This document shows positions 25,659 to 38,111 of a DNA stretch of 64,000 bases, piece after piece; positions within the stretch are counted from its first letter, which is position 1, and every line of letters starts with the position of its first letter. The notes below the pieces were generated by a model. That model searched no databases. It was not told the DNA's origin and was given only the letters and a program-made list of their open reading frames with translations. The translations under genes and the position numbers were made by a program. Source of the stretch: Schizochytrium sp. TIO01 (lineage: Eukaryota > Protista > Bigyra: Labyrinthulomycetes); contig SMSO01000025.1 in the NCBI GenBank assembly GCA_004764695.1, positions 744,001-808,000 of the forward strand. The letters are read 5' to 3'.

Positions 25659-26365
25659 GGTACGCACAGGTCGAGGTTCTCGCGGCAGAACCCGGATTCC
25701 CTAGGCAGGGCACGCGCTCGCTCGCTCCTGAGAGGGAGGGCTCTGGCGGCTGCTTGGCTGGCTGGTTTGATTGTTTGTTTGCTGTATCTTGGAGTTGGTG
25801 CTGCTGGTTTCTCGCGTTGGATGCGAACAACGGGAAACTTGAACCCTGAGGAGCAGGGGCTTCCTTCCGTGTGCTCTTTTATGGGTTGGTCGATGGAGTG
25901 ATGTGCTTCTTCTTCTTTCATTGATGCAGTTATGGATGGACGTGTGTGTATGTATGTATGGATGTATGGATGTATGTATGGATGTACGCATGTTTGGTTG
26001 CAGGAATGCAAGCAAACTAAGGATATGTGGATGAGAATGAAGGGAGTCCGACGAAGGGAGATACTGTCAGACGTGGAGAAATGCTCACGGATAACCGCGG
26101 GCGCCTGCTTGAAAGGTTGAGGGACTTGAGAGAGAGAGAGAGAGAGGGATCACGTGAACGGGGTAAATGTCGATGCACTCGGCGCTGAAAGCAGCAACGG
26201 AGTTGAAGGTATAGCTCCTAGGAATTTGTTCGCTGTTGGCTCATAATGCTTCAAAACGTACTATCTGCATATTGATTCTCTGTTCTCCTCACTCATCCAT
26301 TGTAAAGTCCTTTATTTCTTTTTATTTATAGTTTAGTTTAGTTTTAAATTTAAATTTAATTTATT

Positions 26366-26396
<31 letters not shown>

Positions 26397-28252
26397 GCAG
26401 AGTTATGGAAAGAACAATGAAAAACTCAGCGAATCTGAAGAGAGTGAATGGATAAAAGGAACTTCTTCGCCGTGAGAGAGAGAGAGAAAGGAGAGAGAGA
26501 GAAAAAAAAGCCGCGATCTTCCTCCCTTGCGCTTCTTCCTTCCTTCCTCTCCCGCTACTTGTTAGTTTTTGGCTCGAAGCGCCTGTTTTTTTATTTTTGA
26601 TTTAATTATGGTGATCGATCCACCGATCCGTCGATCCATCGATTCACGGATCAATGGAAAGCTTATGAATGAGGACACACACTGCGCAGTCGTCGGTAGG
26701 CAGCGAAGCTTAAATTTTCACTGTTTTACTGTTTTACTGTTTTACTGTTTTACTTTTTACTTTTTACTTTTTATTTTTTACGTTCCTCTTTTTGGAGCGA
26801 AGAAGACCTCCTTCTTTGTCGCAGGTAGCGAGAAAGCAAGCGCCCTGCGACATGCTCTGAGGCCCGAAATGCTGCGAGGACGAGGTGAAATGGGATTCCG
26901 CCGTATGCGAGACAGGCAGAGAGACAGAGAGACAGACAGACAGACGGCCGCGCAGGCGTTTTGATTGAAACAGGAGCTTATTTGACGAAGTTTGGCCAAG
27001 CTTGGTTAGTTAGATAGTTAATAAAATTATTTAGTTTAGTTGACTTGATTGAAAAAGATGGAAGGGAACGAAGTGAGGTATCTTAATTTTAATTGTAGTT
27101 TTTTAATTTTAGTTTTGTTGTTGTTGTTGTTGTTGTTGTTTTCTATCTCCTTCGAAAGGCAGGAAGCGAAGGGCCTTGAGGAGGCGCGGTTCGCAGAAGA
27201 GACGATGGACAGAGCTTATTAGCCACCAGCTTTGGATCCTCGTCCACGCTCGGGCGCCTGTTATATGTGCGGGGCGATCGTCGTCTTTTACCGACTTGGG
27301 CCTGAAGAAGCTGAAGTAGCGAAGAAACCGAAGAAGCAGGCTGAGATGCTGATGAGGTCCAACGAGAGCTTCTTCATTTATTATTGTTTTTGGAGTTTTA
27401 TTTTTATTTTATAGTGCTCGAAAGAAATAATTTTAGTTTGCTGAGCTTTTTAATTTAAAATTTTTAAGTGTCTTTTAAAGTTTTTGTTTAATATTTAATA
27501 TTTTTTTTTAAAAATAAAACTAAAAGTTGGGGGAAAAGAAAGAAATAGAAAGGCAGAGAAAGCAAAAGCAAAGCAAAAACAGACCCCAAAGCACTCACTT
27601 ACTCGCAAGCGAGCAAGCAAGCGAGCGAGCGAGCGAAGGTGAACGCTTGCAGGAGGCAGGCGTGCTAGCTAGGTAGCTAGCTCGCACAGCACCCCGTTGG
27701 CCAAGAGCTTGCCCGCCTCGCTAAACATCCTACCTGACACCGCTTGCATATACCTTCCGCGGTTCGCTCGAGGCTGGTGTCCCGTGCATTTCACTGCTAC
27801 GCCCGAACAAACAGCGCCCTACCACGAGACAGACCCGCGATAGCTCTATTTCTGTCTCTGTCTCTGTCTCTCTCTTTCTCAGCGGCGGCGTTGAGACATC
27901 TGGACACAAATAAGAGGTTGCCAACCAGAAGGTCTGGCAGGCTCAGGCACACTCGAGGCCACGAAGCTTGGTGCCAAGGATCGCGCTCTGGAAGAACTGC
28001 GGCTTCGTGGACTCTCAGAGCACGACCTCATCTCAAGACGGAACGTCTTTGGAACGCATACGTAACCCCTTTCATCTCACTCATTGAGTTCGTTTGGATC
28101 GTGAGATTCCAAACTCCCTCGACGGTAAACATCCCAGCTCACGAAAGAGTGCCAAAAACGAAGCACCCTCGACTTAAACCCCTTCACCCAGCTCACAAGA
28201 GCTTCGTGGTGGCGGAGGTGCTCAATATCGCGGAGGTTCTTGACGGAGCGCG

Positions 28253-31200
28253 ATGGCGCTGCAGAGCCCGAACTTAGGCGCCCTCTCGAGTCCTGACCTC
28301 GCAGCACAGCACGGCGTTCAAGAAGCGTTAGGAGGTTCTCGATGGCGTCTGGGTATGCCGGGTTTACTGGCTCCGCCCGCTTTGAGACTTCCTGCCCAAG
28401 CAGAGGCCTCACAACGCCGCCTTAAAGCAGGACTTGACGTGCCTTCCGCGGCAGCACTGTTCACGCGTGCTAATCCTGTTGCCTCTAAAGATGGTTTTAC
28501 TGGAAGCAACTACAATCTTGAATCAGGGAACGGAAACGGAAATGGCAGTCGCGACGGAGGCAACCTCGGAGGTTTGTGGAGCAAAAAAACTACAACAGGA
28601 CGCCAGGCGTTGGTTTTGCAGTCGAGCAATGGACGTGGTGGTCGACCAGAATCTGCTCTGGTCCAATGCGATGATGGCATGGGAGAAGGCATTCGGGAAA
28701 GGACTGGAAGCAAGCGAATGGGAAGCACGCATAAAGAATATGATGATGACGAGGAGGCGCAACAGCATGTGAACAAGAGTAAAAAGAAGAAAAAGAAGCA
28801 AGGTACCTTTATGGGCGTATACATCCCTGTTGTGGCAAGTATGTGGGGTGTGCTGATTTTTATCAGGTTTGGAGTTATTGTCGGATACACCGGCTGGGCC
28901 ATGAGTGTGGGATTCGTGGTGCTTGCTGCAGGTGCTCAAATCCTCACAACTATCTCACTCTGTACAGTCCTCAGTAACTCAAGCAACTATTCAGGAGGTT
29001 CCTTTGGTATTCTCAAACGTAACCTAGGATCAGATATGGCCGGCGTTATTTGCCTCCTGTACTACTTTGGCATGACAACAATGGCATCAGTCGAGCTTCT
29101 TGGTGCTGTACAAGCTATCGATTACATCCTGTCAGGAACACCTACGTATGAAGGAATTAGTATCACCAAGTCCCAGTATATTGACCAGATTGCAATCGGA
29201 GGCCCCATTCTCGTTGTGCTCGGACTCATCCGCACCACGCAGCTCAAAGCGGTGCACATCATGGCCACTGTGATTCTTATTGGTGTTATCCTCACATACA
29301 TTCTTGGTTTTCTTGGTATCTTCCTGACTCTTAATGGGTGGACAGGTGCCATTGATGTGGAAAATGTAGACGGATTCACAGGTCTTAGTCGCGAGACCTT
29401 CATGAATAACGCGCGGCCCGACTTTTCTCTCCCAACATATTCGGAGGAGGAGCTTTACGACGAGTTTGGAGTCACTACTGAAATGGTGGATGAGAATTCA
29501 ACACCTAATCCTGCTTCTGCGTTGTCCATAATCTTTCCTATGTTTCTGGGTATTTTCCAGGGCGCCAACAAGGCAAGCGACCTTGAAACGCCTAACCAGA
29601 GTATCATTAAAGGCACAGGCGCTGCAATTCTCACTAGCTTTACAGTTTACGTGCTCTTCTTCCTCCTGTTGGCCGCCGTTGCAGAACGTCAGGTGCTTAA
29701 GGTTGACTTCTTGCTTTTTGACCGCCTTGCTTGGCCCACACAATACATCGCACTCGTAGCCACGGTCGCTGTCGGTGTCGGCGCCTGTCTCGAACTCCTG
29801 GAAATTGGCCCCACAATCCTGCAGGCAGTGGCTTCTGATGGGCTCTTTTCGTTCCTGCCTAAGCTCGGTCTTCATAAGGTTAACTCAAAGGGCCAGCCTG
29901 TGCATGCAATCGTGATGGTGAGTCTACCAGTGAATTTCTGCTTATTGTTCACGCCAAGTGCGTATTTTGAGGGTTTGGCCACCGTGGTGACAATGTTCTT
30001 CCTTCAAGCGTATGGCCACATGCATCTCTCGCTACTCTTGAATGAGGTGCAGCGGCACTCTTCGTGGCGGCCCACCTTTGTATATTACCACTGGTCGCTA
30101 GCACTTTTAGGGCTCATCACCACTGTTGTACTTATGTTTTACATTTCGTGGATCCAAGCTGTCGTTACCATCTCGCTCGCTGTGGGACTACTGATCCTCG
30201 CTCGAGTTGTTGAAGAGCCCCGTCGTAAAGGACTTGGCACTCGAGCACTCGCCCAGGGAAGAGCTCTCGATCATATCCTTGCTGACCACTTTGTGGATCA
30301 CCGCGAGATCATCGAACGACTCAGCCGCACACTCCAATCTGTAGGTGCTCAAGCATCAACAGAGAAGATTCTTCGAGCTGTACGTGAGGATACAGCACTG
30401 GTTCCTGACGAACCGCTGCACTGGGACCCGCAAGTACTTTGCCTCGTGGAGGATCCTGACAACCCAAACCTCCGTGAAGACCACGTCAAAATGGTACATC
30501 TGACAACGCAACTTACTGGTGCAGGAGTCCTGCCACGACTCGCAGTTGTCGCAAGTACGATTCGTGCAAGCCCCGGTGAAGACCTCGACTCGCTCGACCG
30601 TATCAGACAGCTAAAGGAACTCAGACTGTATGCTCTCATCACCGCAACGAATGCAAGAGCTTTTGCGCATGTCACGGTTGTACCTGCGTCATGCTCGTCG
30701 AGTGCTGCGTACATGGTTATGATGCAGTCTGTAGGTCTCGGCAACTTGAAACCCAACATGACGCTCCTAAATTGGACCAACCCGAGACTTTTAGATGTGG
30801 TGAAGAACTCGACACTTGCGAAACGCATCGTTGTCGTCCTGAAGGACAGGCGTCCCCTCGGACTTGTAACAAACCACCAGGCGCGAAAGCAACGCCAAAG
30901 CCGAGCGAGCCGAGCAAGTCGTGGAAGCAGGTCCACTGCAGGCAACTTTAGTAGCCCTGCCATGCTTCCCGTGACAAAAGCACGAACACAATCTGGAAAC
31001 AGCACGATTGGAGTTACTGCAGCCGTTGCGGCAGCAGCAGCAATGGCATCAACAAATGGCGAAACGGGATCCGAGGCAGGTGACAGCGAGGGAGGACCTG
31101 GTTTCGTCCCTGACGTCATCAAAGCACCTCGAACCGGCTCTGATGTCAAGTATTCATTTGCCTTTTCGGAATCCAGCATCTTTGGCACCAATACTGCTAT

Positions 31201-32158
31201 CCCGCCGCAGTTTGGACCCACTGAAACGTATCTGCAATCACCCGGAGGTAACCGCAACAAAAGACGCCGAGGCGCAAACCAGAAGCTCTCTTCGAGTGGT
31301 AGTGGCAGCAGTGAGGGTTTGGGCGATAGTCCTGATGATCTAGTGAACGACAGCGAGGACGACGAATACGATGAGCTTGACGATGAAGAATTTGATGACG
31401 GAGATTTCGATGGGCAGGAAGACGTTATGCATCTTGAATCCCAAGCGGAGGCCGAGCTTCATTACCACAACAAATGGAAGCGTCGCCGGAAGGCACGGCT
31501 CTCACAACGCTCAGGTACGATCGATGTGTGGTGGTTTGTAAAGAATGGTGGTCTCCCCGTCGTCATTGCTCGGCTCTTGCGCGGTCATCGCGTGTGGCGC
31601 CGTTGTCATATTCGCGTCTTCACTACTGTCGAGGACAGTGAGCTTTCTGATTTGCGAACTATGCGTGCTACGCTTGAGGTTGAGCGTATGTTGCATGCCA
31701 TGCGTGTCAAAGCCTCTGTTGAGGTTATCCAGATTGATCCGCTAACACAGCATGTTTTGCGTGAAACCATTCTCGATGAGGACGAAGAGCTTATCAGTGA
31801 TATGCCTACGGTTAGCGCCCCAGCTCATGAGCGTCATGAAGGTACACGTACACTTGCTGAACTCTTCCCCATGCTTACTATGCCTGAGGAAACCCACGCG
31901 GATGTGGACTCAGACGACGAGAAGTTTGACCCCATGGAAGCTGTGCGCGCGCGAGCGGTCGCCACATACAGTGAACTTATGTTTGAGCACTCCAAGGATG
32001 CGCAGCTGGTTATTTGCAACCTGCCCATCCCTTCAGAAGATCAAACACCTGATGAGTATGTGGATCTTATGGAGCGCTTGACCAACAATCTCGATCGGGT
32101 GCTCTTTATTCATGCTCCTTTTGCAGATGATGAAATTGCTGAACGTTTTGTTCACTAA
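28253..32158 (+). CDS. Cation-chloride cotransporter (SLC12/CCC family, KCC-like, divergent), 1301 aa
   Basis: TM1 GTFMGVYIP...WGVLIFIRF; TM6 IFPMFLGIFQGANKASDL...SIIKGT; TM10 MFFLQAY; SWRPTF.YYHW; C-terminal domain motifs QSVGLGNLKPN, GTIDVWW..NGGL, HSKDAQLVICNLP. Start codon uncertain. Confidence 0.96.
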   Translation: MALQSPNLGALSSPDLAAQHGVQEALGGSRWRLGMPGLLAPPALRLPAQAEASQRRLKAGLDVPSAAALFTRANPVASKDGFTGSNYNLESGNGNGNGSRDGGNLGGLWSKKTTTGRQALVLQSSNGRGGRPESALVQCDDGMGEGIRERTGSKRMGSTHKEYDDDEEAQQHVNKSKKKKKKQGTFMGVYIPVVASMWGVLIFIRFGVIVGYTGWAMSVGFVVLAAGAQILTTISLCTVLSNSSNYSGGSFGILKRNLGSDMAGVICLLYYFGMTTMASVELLGAVQAIDYILSGTPTYEGISITKSQYIDQIAIGGPILVVLGLIRTTQLKAVHIMATVILIGVILTYILGFLGIFLTLNGWTGAIDVENVDGFTGLSRETFMNNARPDFSLPTYSEEELYDEFGVTTEMVDENSTPNPASALSIIFPMFLGIFQGANKASDLETPNQSIIKGTGAAILTSFTVYVLFFLLLAAVAERQVLKVDFLLFDRLAWPTQYIALVATVAVGVGACLELLEIGPTILQAVASDGLFSFLPKLGLHKVNSKGQPVHAIVMVSLPVNFCLLFTPSAYFEGLATVVTMFFLQAYGHMHLSLLLNEVQRHSSWRPTFVYYHWSLALLGLITTVVLMFYISWIQAVVTISLAVGLLILARVVEEPRRKGLGTRALAQGRALDHILADHFVDHREIIERLSRTLQSVGAQASTEKILRAVREDTALVPDEPLHWDPQVLCLVEDPDNPNLREDHVKMVHLTTQLTGAGVLPRLAVVASTIRASPGEDLDSLDRIRQLKELRLYALITATNARAFAHVTVVPASCSSSAAYMVMMQSVGLGNLKPNMTLLNWTNPRLLDVVKNSTLAKRIVVVLKDRRPLGLVTNHQARKQRQSRASRASRGSRSTAGNFSSPAMLPVTKARTQSGNSTIGVTAAVAAAAAMASTNGETGSEAGDSEGGPGFVPDVIKAPRTGSDVKYSFAFSESSIFGTNTAIPPQFGPTETYLQSPGGNRNKRRRGANQKLSSSGSGSSEGLGDSPDDLVNDSEDDEYDELDDEEFDDGDFDGQEDVMHLESQAEAELHYHNKWKRRRKARLSQRSGTIDVWWFVKNGGLPVVIARLLRGHRVWRRCHIRVFTTVEDSELSDLRTMRATLEVERMLHAMRVKASVEVIQIDPLTQHVLRETILDEDEELISDMPTVSAPAHERHEGTRTLAELFPMLTMPEETHADVDSDDEKFDPMEAVRARAVATYSELMFEHSKDAQLVICNLPIPSEDQTPDEYVDLMERLTNNLDRVLFIHAPFADDEIAERFVH

Positions 32159-34429
32159 ACACCACAGGTTTTGTCCTCTGTCATATCAGATTGCGGATCG
32201 CGTTGAATTTTGTCTTGTTTTCTTCATTCTTATCCTCATTTGTTTCATTTGATGCATGTCTTTGGAATTTCTCATTTCTGTGTGTTAAGATCATACCTAA
32301 GGATCTACAAGCATTTCATGATCATCATTTACTTCAAGGTGATAAGTACAGTTATTACTATAGTTTCCGTATACAATGACTCATCTTTGTGGTCAGAATC
32401 GCTGTGTAGAGCCCTTTGGCATTTCATGTCTTCGATGTCATTGGATTCAAAGGTTCGGCATGCATACATCGATGATTTTCAGAACGGTAAATACATTGCA
32501 TTGAAAAGAATATTTTACTTTGTACGCGACCGCTCTCTCCGACCTTACAACGATGACAGATTCCGTTTACATTACAGTAGTTTGACCAGGATGCTATTTC
32601 TAATCCAGGTGCTGTCTAATAACACAGATGCCATGCATAGTGTATGCAAATCAACTAATTCACACAATTCAATCGGTTGGAATATCGAATGAGCTTCCAT
32701 GGATTATGTCTTATTGAAAGTCAATAAATGTCAAGTTACTGGACGAATGTCGAAAACCATTTACCGATTCAATATCATCAAACGCGGCGATAATAGAACC
32801 TTTGTACTTTCAAATTAACCAATAAGTCCCGGGGAAAAGTCTATGGGCTTGTGATTTTATTTTTGTAAACTGAGTCAATCTCCTTTCTAAGCACCAAAGA
32901 ACTGTGAGTAGTATTTTTCGAAAGCCAATTCTTTGCATAGCCATCGGGGGTTCGGATATCAAGCATTATTCCAAGCTCGCCACCAACGTACTTGGAGTGC
33001 TCTTGTTGCATAATGAAGGACACATATCCTCAACGGTGCTGAGAAGTAAATATTTGTTCATAGCTTATGGAAACGCTGAAGTACTATACCAGAGGGTAAC
33101 GACGAAGTGCATACAAAGTGTCTATAAGTTACTTACTGACTATACACTCTCTGGTGCCTCAGTTAAGACATCGATTGTAATGTGATACCTATATTTACGC
33201 AATTGCAAAGGTACACCATATTACTGAGAGCACTAAAGTTCGTTGTCTTTGTTATGGTTGAATTCCAATCCTCTTTTCCAGCACAGGAACTGTTGCCTCC
33301 ATATCAAATGTTCTAGACTATGATGCGATTGAGGATTGTGAACGCTCTCAATTCACCTTCAAAGGATATAGTTACCACGGATTCACATGATGCTGCACCA
33401 GTTGTTTCTCCTGACATCACACACTCCGTTCGAATTACAGGATTAACCATTGAAACCATGAGCCACAATTGTCCTTTCAGTTCATGCTCGCAAACTCGCG
33501 ACGATGCTTAATCATTCTATCAGATGCGAGGCTATTGTATTACTCGAAACATGCGATCACAGGAGGCTTGAGAGGGGGGTGAGGGTGGGGTGTTCTTTAG
33601 TTTGCGGGTACACGCAAAGGCTAGGACTGGCTTTGCGGCTCATATAGAAGATATTCTACTCATGTCTACAGTTTTTGCAAATGGCTATCCAGATCAAACG
33701 CTGACAGCATCACCAATTCTCACAATCGCCAAAAGAGAAGAAAATGTTGATCGAGCCATGTATTCACGTCTCGCCAGTGCACTACTTTTTACGAGATTCG
33801 AAAATACCCAGTTCAACTCTTTGGATGGGTATAATAGGGAAGCTCATAAAGTATTGCTTGCAACGACGAGTACCTACTTTTACAACCGCTTCTCATTTGA
33901 GTTATGTAGGAACCAAATGGTCACTTCAAGCACTCTACTGTTTCCTGGTTGAAGTAGGATGTTTCTTTTCTTACCTTTACGGCGCACACGAGTCTGATTT
34001 AGAGGTTCAATAATTCAGTGTAGTTCAAAATAGTCTTTATCTAATGAACAGGTCGCTCCAGTTCGAGCCTTATGCACTGTACACCCTCTATGAAAAGATT
34101 CTCCCGATGGTTTTTTCATCATTGTATCTTCCTGTCGCAAATTGAGTGACTATGGCATTTTCTTTATCCTTATAAGTAAACTGTGTATTGATGGAAACAA
34201 AGCCGTGGAAGGACTCTGTGAAGGTTCCATCAATGCAATGCGTCTGAAGCTCCGCAATGTACTCTCTGATCGGGTGTCAATTGAAGAAGTACAATTTAGA
34301 CCCCATGGCATAAATTTAGAACTTGATTTCAAATAAACTCATTTTTGCTTGTTTGTTTATTTGTAAGCCTGGTTAGTATGAGAAATAGATAAGACGCTAT
34401 TGCTTTTGGTACATGTGTATCACTTGATG

Positions 34430-35751
34430 ACAAGTATCTGGCCATGACGGGTTTAGGATTTACGCAGACACAGTTAGGGTCAATTGGGCTATACAGATCT
34501 CTATTAGGCCAGCCATCGCAGAAAGAAGTACAAATGACTCATATAGCTCGTCTAATAGTATTTTCGCGAATAGCATTAGTATTGACTTTGAAAACATGGT
34601 CGCAGTTCGGGACCTTGAAGGAGGGAGGCTTGTTTGGATGTGAAATTTGAGCTCATCCGACTGGTCAAGAGACTACACAACCCTCAGCCTAGATGATACA
34701 CAAAGTGATTTCAAGCCTACCGTTCAAGACAGTCGTTGGCTCTAACATTTGATAGTATAACATAGACTGCCGTATTCCCATACGATGAAACAGGTGATTC
34801 CTAGAGCAAAAATTATATTACCTTACCAACCGCATTAAAGGGTACCAACAGTGCAGGGACTGGTCATTCCATCGCCATGTAAGGTATGTACCTCATGGTT
34901 GGTCTCCTGGATGCCCGTATGGTTGAAACTTATCATCGGAATACTTCACTAGAACTTGATCAGAGATTAGCACGACCTTGTCTCCAAGTGCAAGTACTTA
35001 TGATAGTCTCGGAGCTTCAGGCAGTTGATTGTAGATGCTTCTAGTGCAACAAATTCAAATAGTGATAATGATAATGCAGGCAGGGCATACATTTATCACA
35101 TAGAAAGTGTGACATGGACTTTGGACAACCTCTTCTCTTTCAGCAGAAAGTGGTGGCGGTGACTCATTCGGTCACTGTGTTTTTCTTATCAGAATTTGTA
35201 TTTTCAGTTGGTAGCCAGAAATCTTTTCAAGTTCCAAAGACACTGCCTTCACTTACAACACAAACACGCCAACACCGACTGCATACCCAACCGGAAGGGT
35301 AGCACGGGCATCGACTAATGAACCAATATACGAGGTATATGATCCGGCACCAAGCCTGACACAGACAACTATCACACCAACCCTTGAATCAACATCCGAA
35401 GGTATTAGCCCAGGACCAATTGCTGGAATTCGTATAAGATTTGTGTTTGTTTGTGCTTTATTTGCATTTTTACATTACAGGCAGAGAGAGAGAAAATTAG
35501 AATAAAGAGACATTCGACACTATCATATAGAATTCTGCTGCATTTGTTGCATTCGAGCTCATCCCTCGTGTTGTGAAAAGTTATTCACTCACAACATTAC
35601 AGAGAAGAGACAACTCGGTGATTATTGAGCGCCCTAAAACAAAGAAATGATTTTCTTGATCGGTGATAAACAAGAATACAAAGAAGAAATCTCATTAAAA
35701 GAAAATCAACCAAAAGAAAAAGAGGATATGGATGAGAAATATGTAGTATAG
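34430..35751 (+). pseudogene. Decayed FG-GAP beta-propeller type-I surface protein
   Basis: FG-GAP-like fragments GHSIAM*GMYLMVG (about 34860) and NAGRAYIYHIESVTWTL / frameshift / SAESGGGDSFGHCVFL (35070-35190). These are followed by an open Pro/Thr stalk plus TM (TPTPTAYPT...EGISPGPIAGIRIRFVFVCALFAFLHYRQRE, about 35260-35505) and a charged tail. Many stops and frameshifts. Confidence 0.6.
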
Positions 35752-36629
35752 TAATTTGTATCAGTAAAGAGCTTTTGAGAGTACTCTTAATGCCATATTG
35801 TTCTTAAATTGAAGTTGATCAATGTGACGAGTATTTGTCTTTTACTAAGGGCGAGCTTTAGGCACGGCAAAATTGCTCTCATTTCGTCGGACCATAAAGA
35901 TGGGGTTCATTGCAGGCAGTTGAGTCCTCATAAGCATCACAACAAATTAAGTTAGCGTTTATTGAAAGAACCCATAAAATTACAATTGCTATATTGTATT
36001 ATTTTTTTATTGCAATGATTGAATAATCCTGATCATAATCACTTATCACTGCATCGGTAGGAATTCGAGTGATTTAATTTCCAGCCCAGTATTGGAGCTC
36101 TTCTCCAAAAGAATGTCTGCCTAGCACAGGTATAAAAAAGTATGTCTGACACAGAACGGTCCATGTAGCGGACCGTTGCATTCATTTGTGATATAATTAT
36201 CACATGCTAACGAGAAATCAAGAAACAAACAGCTGAACAAGAAGAGGCCAATCTAATTTCAAGTTGTGAGGCATTAGACGACTTAAGAAAAGTGCTTGGA
36301 TTTTTCATTGTTGTTATATGATTCCCTCCCAACACGAACAATGGGACACTGGTACCACTTGCTGAGATCTCCAATCGAAGGAACTAGTGGACAAGACATT
36401 GCTAGAGTTCTTGGCGCCCCTTTATGAAACCCTAGTAGATATCGAACTTACAATAGAGCAAGAGTAGGCAGCCAGATTCATGTGGCTGCGGAGTCTAGAA
36501 CCAGAATTGTGAATACACATTACCTACATCCAAGCATGGTGTAACTGGAATCGATGATTGTAGAGGGTGAATTAACCTAGCCCCATCAATTATCTCTAAC
36601 ACCTTTCAAGAGAGTCTTAATCTCCTTAA

Positions 36630-37810
36630 TCACTCCATGAATCCTTCTGTCTTGGAATTCATTCTCCAAGACAGCAGTTCGCTCACTCTTGAATCAGCCT
36701 TCTTAAAGCATTCATCAAGACCCTTGCCTTCATCTTTACAGTCAACCTCAAGCTGACCAGAGTCATCTCCCAGCACCACTGACAGAACTGTTATCACACT
36801 CCTCGCGGCTATAATCAGAGGAGATCTATTTTCCTGCATGGTTTCTACTATGGCCAACATATCTATGGAATAGTAACTACCTTCAGATGAATAATCAGAA
36901 TAGTTCGTGTCGACCAAGGAGTCCTCATTAGTCGAGCTCGATGTAAGATTTATCGTAGGTTCAAAGGTGATATTATCATAACTCATACCCAATACATAGG
37001 AAGAACCATCGACTTCGGCATAAGTGTCAGCCACCCTGTGCTGTGATACGGACTCAGTCTTATTATTACAATCCATTGGGCTGCCGTACTTAAGTATTGC
37101 ATTATTGGTTTTGATGCCAATACCATGAAGTTTCCAACTCTGAACCAATCCTTTTGATGGGTATATCATCAAGTGACGCCATCCACCATTCGTGAAGTCA
37201 ACTAGAGTATATTCTTAGATATTATCTGCTTAGATTCGGAGACCTGAATTGTGCTATTACCGTCAATAGTTGCATTTTTTCCAAAGAAAACGAAACGATC
37301 ACTGCATCAACAATTGCAAAGACATTACCACCTGAAGCTATTGTTTCTGTTAAATGTCGAAATAACCGCTATTTACTGATTTGGATATGATGAGGTTGTC
37401 TTGGTAAGCCATCTTGCATTTTGCAGACCTTCCTCTAAGAAAGAAGTTGAAGGACTAAGTGTTTCAACATGGTTCCACTAGTTCTCATTGATGTGTTGAT
37501 ACAGTGCCACACCTCGATAGTTGCCGCTGAAACTCTGAGTTGTCGTGTTATCACAAGTTTCAATACAAGTTCTTAAATCCCAACTGTCGCCTGTAACATC
37601 ATCTGCGAAAGTCTTCAGAAGACCTTGTTCGTGTAACTCGAATGTAATCTTAAGTCGTATTCAGTCGTATCTATCATTACATGAACTACTGGCTGTCACC
37701 AAGAGATTCATTACAAGTGTACATTATAAATATATAATTCAATCCCCAATTTAATTCCTGTAATCGTCATTGCAGACAGCGCTGCAAATTCCCCCAAGAA
37801 AATCTCATGC
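36630..37810 (-). pseudogene. Decayed secreted/surface protein gene; includes the residual 180-aa ORF 36630..37172
   Basis: The residual ORF is S/T/N-rich with several NxS/T sequons. Upstream fragments read ETCDNTTTQSFSGNYRGVALYQHINEN*WNHVETLSPS, broken by stops. Confidence 0.45.
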
Positions 37811-38111
37811 ATTTTTTGTTCTTCTACATCTGAACTCTGATGCAGTGCTCCTTTAGAAATTACTTCATGAATTACATTTCAAGACAACCATGGCCCTCTA
37901 AATACTTGGAGCTCTCTTAATCATTGAAGTCATCCATTCATCCCTTTATTGTTCTCACGAACGCGAGCAAGTACTAGCTAGCTACATTATTAGTAATATT
38001 CCTATAAGTCTTATACAAAGCAATTGGATGCATGATTTGATTAATGGATCAATCAATCGTATGATCGCTCGGCTTGAGACAGACCTTTAAGAGTGGAGAA
38101 GAACTTGGACA

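Noticed and set aside
30349-31260. 303-aa antisense ORF inside the CCC gene
   Set aside because: In-register antisense shadow over a GC-rich, low-complexity region.
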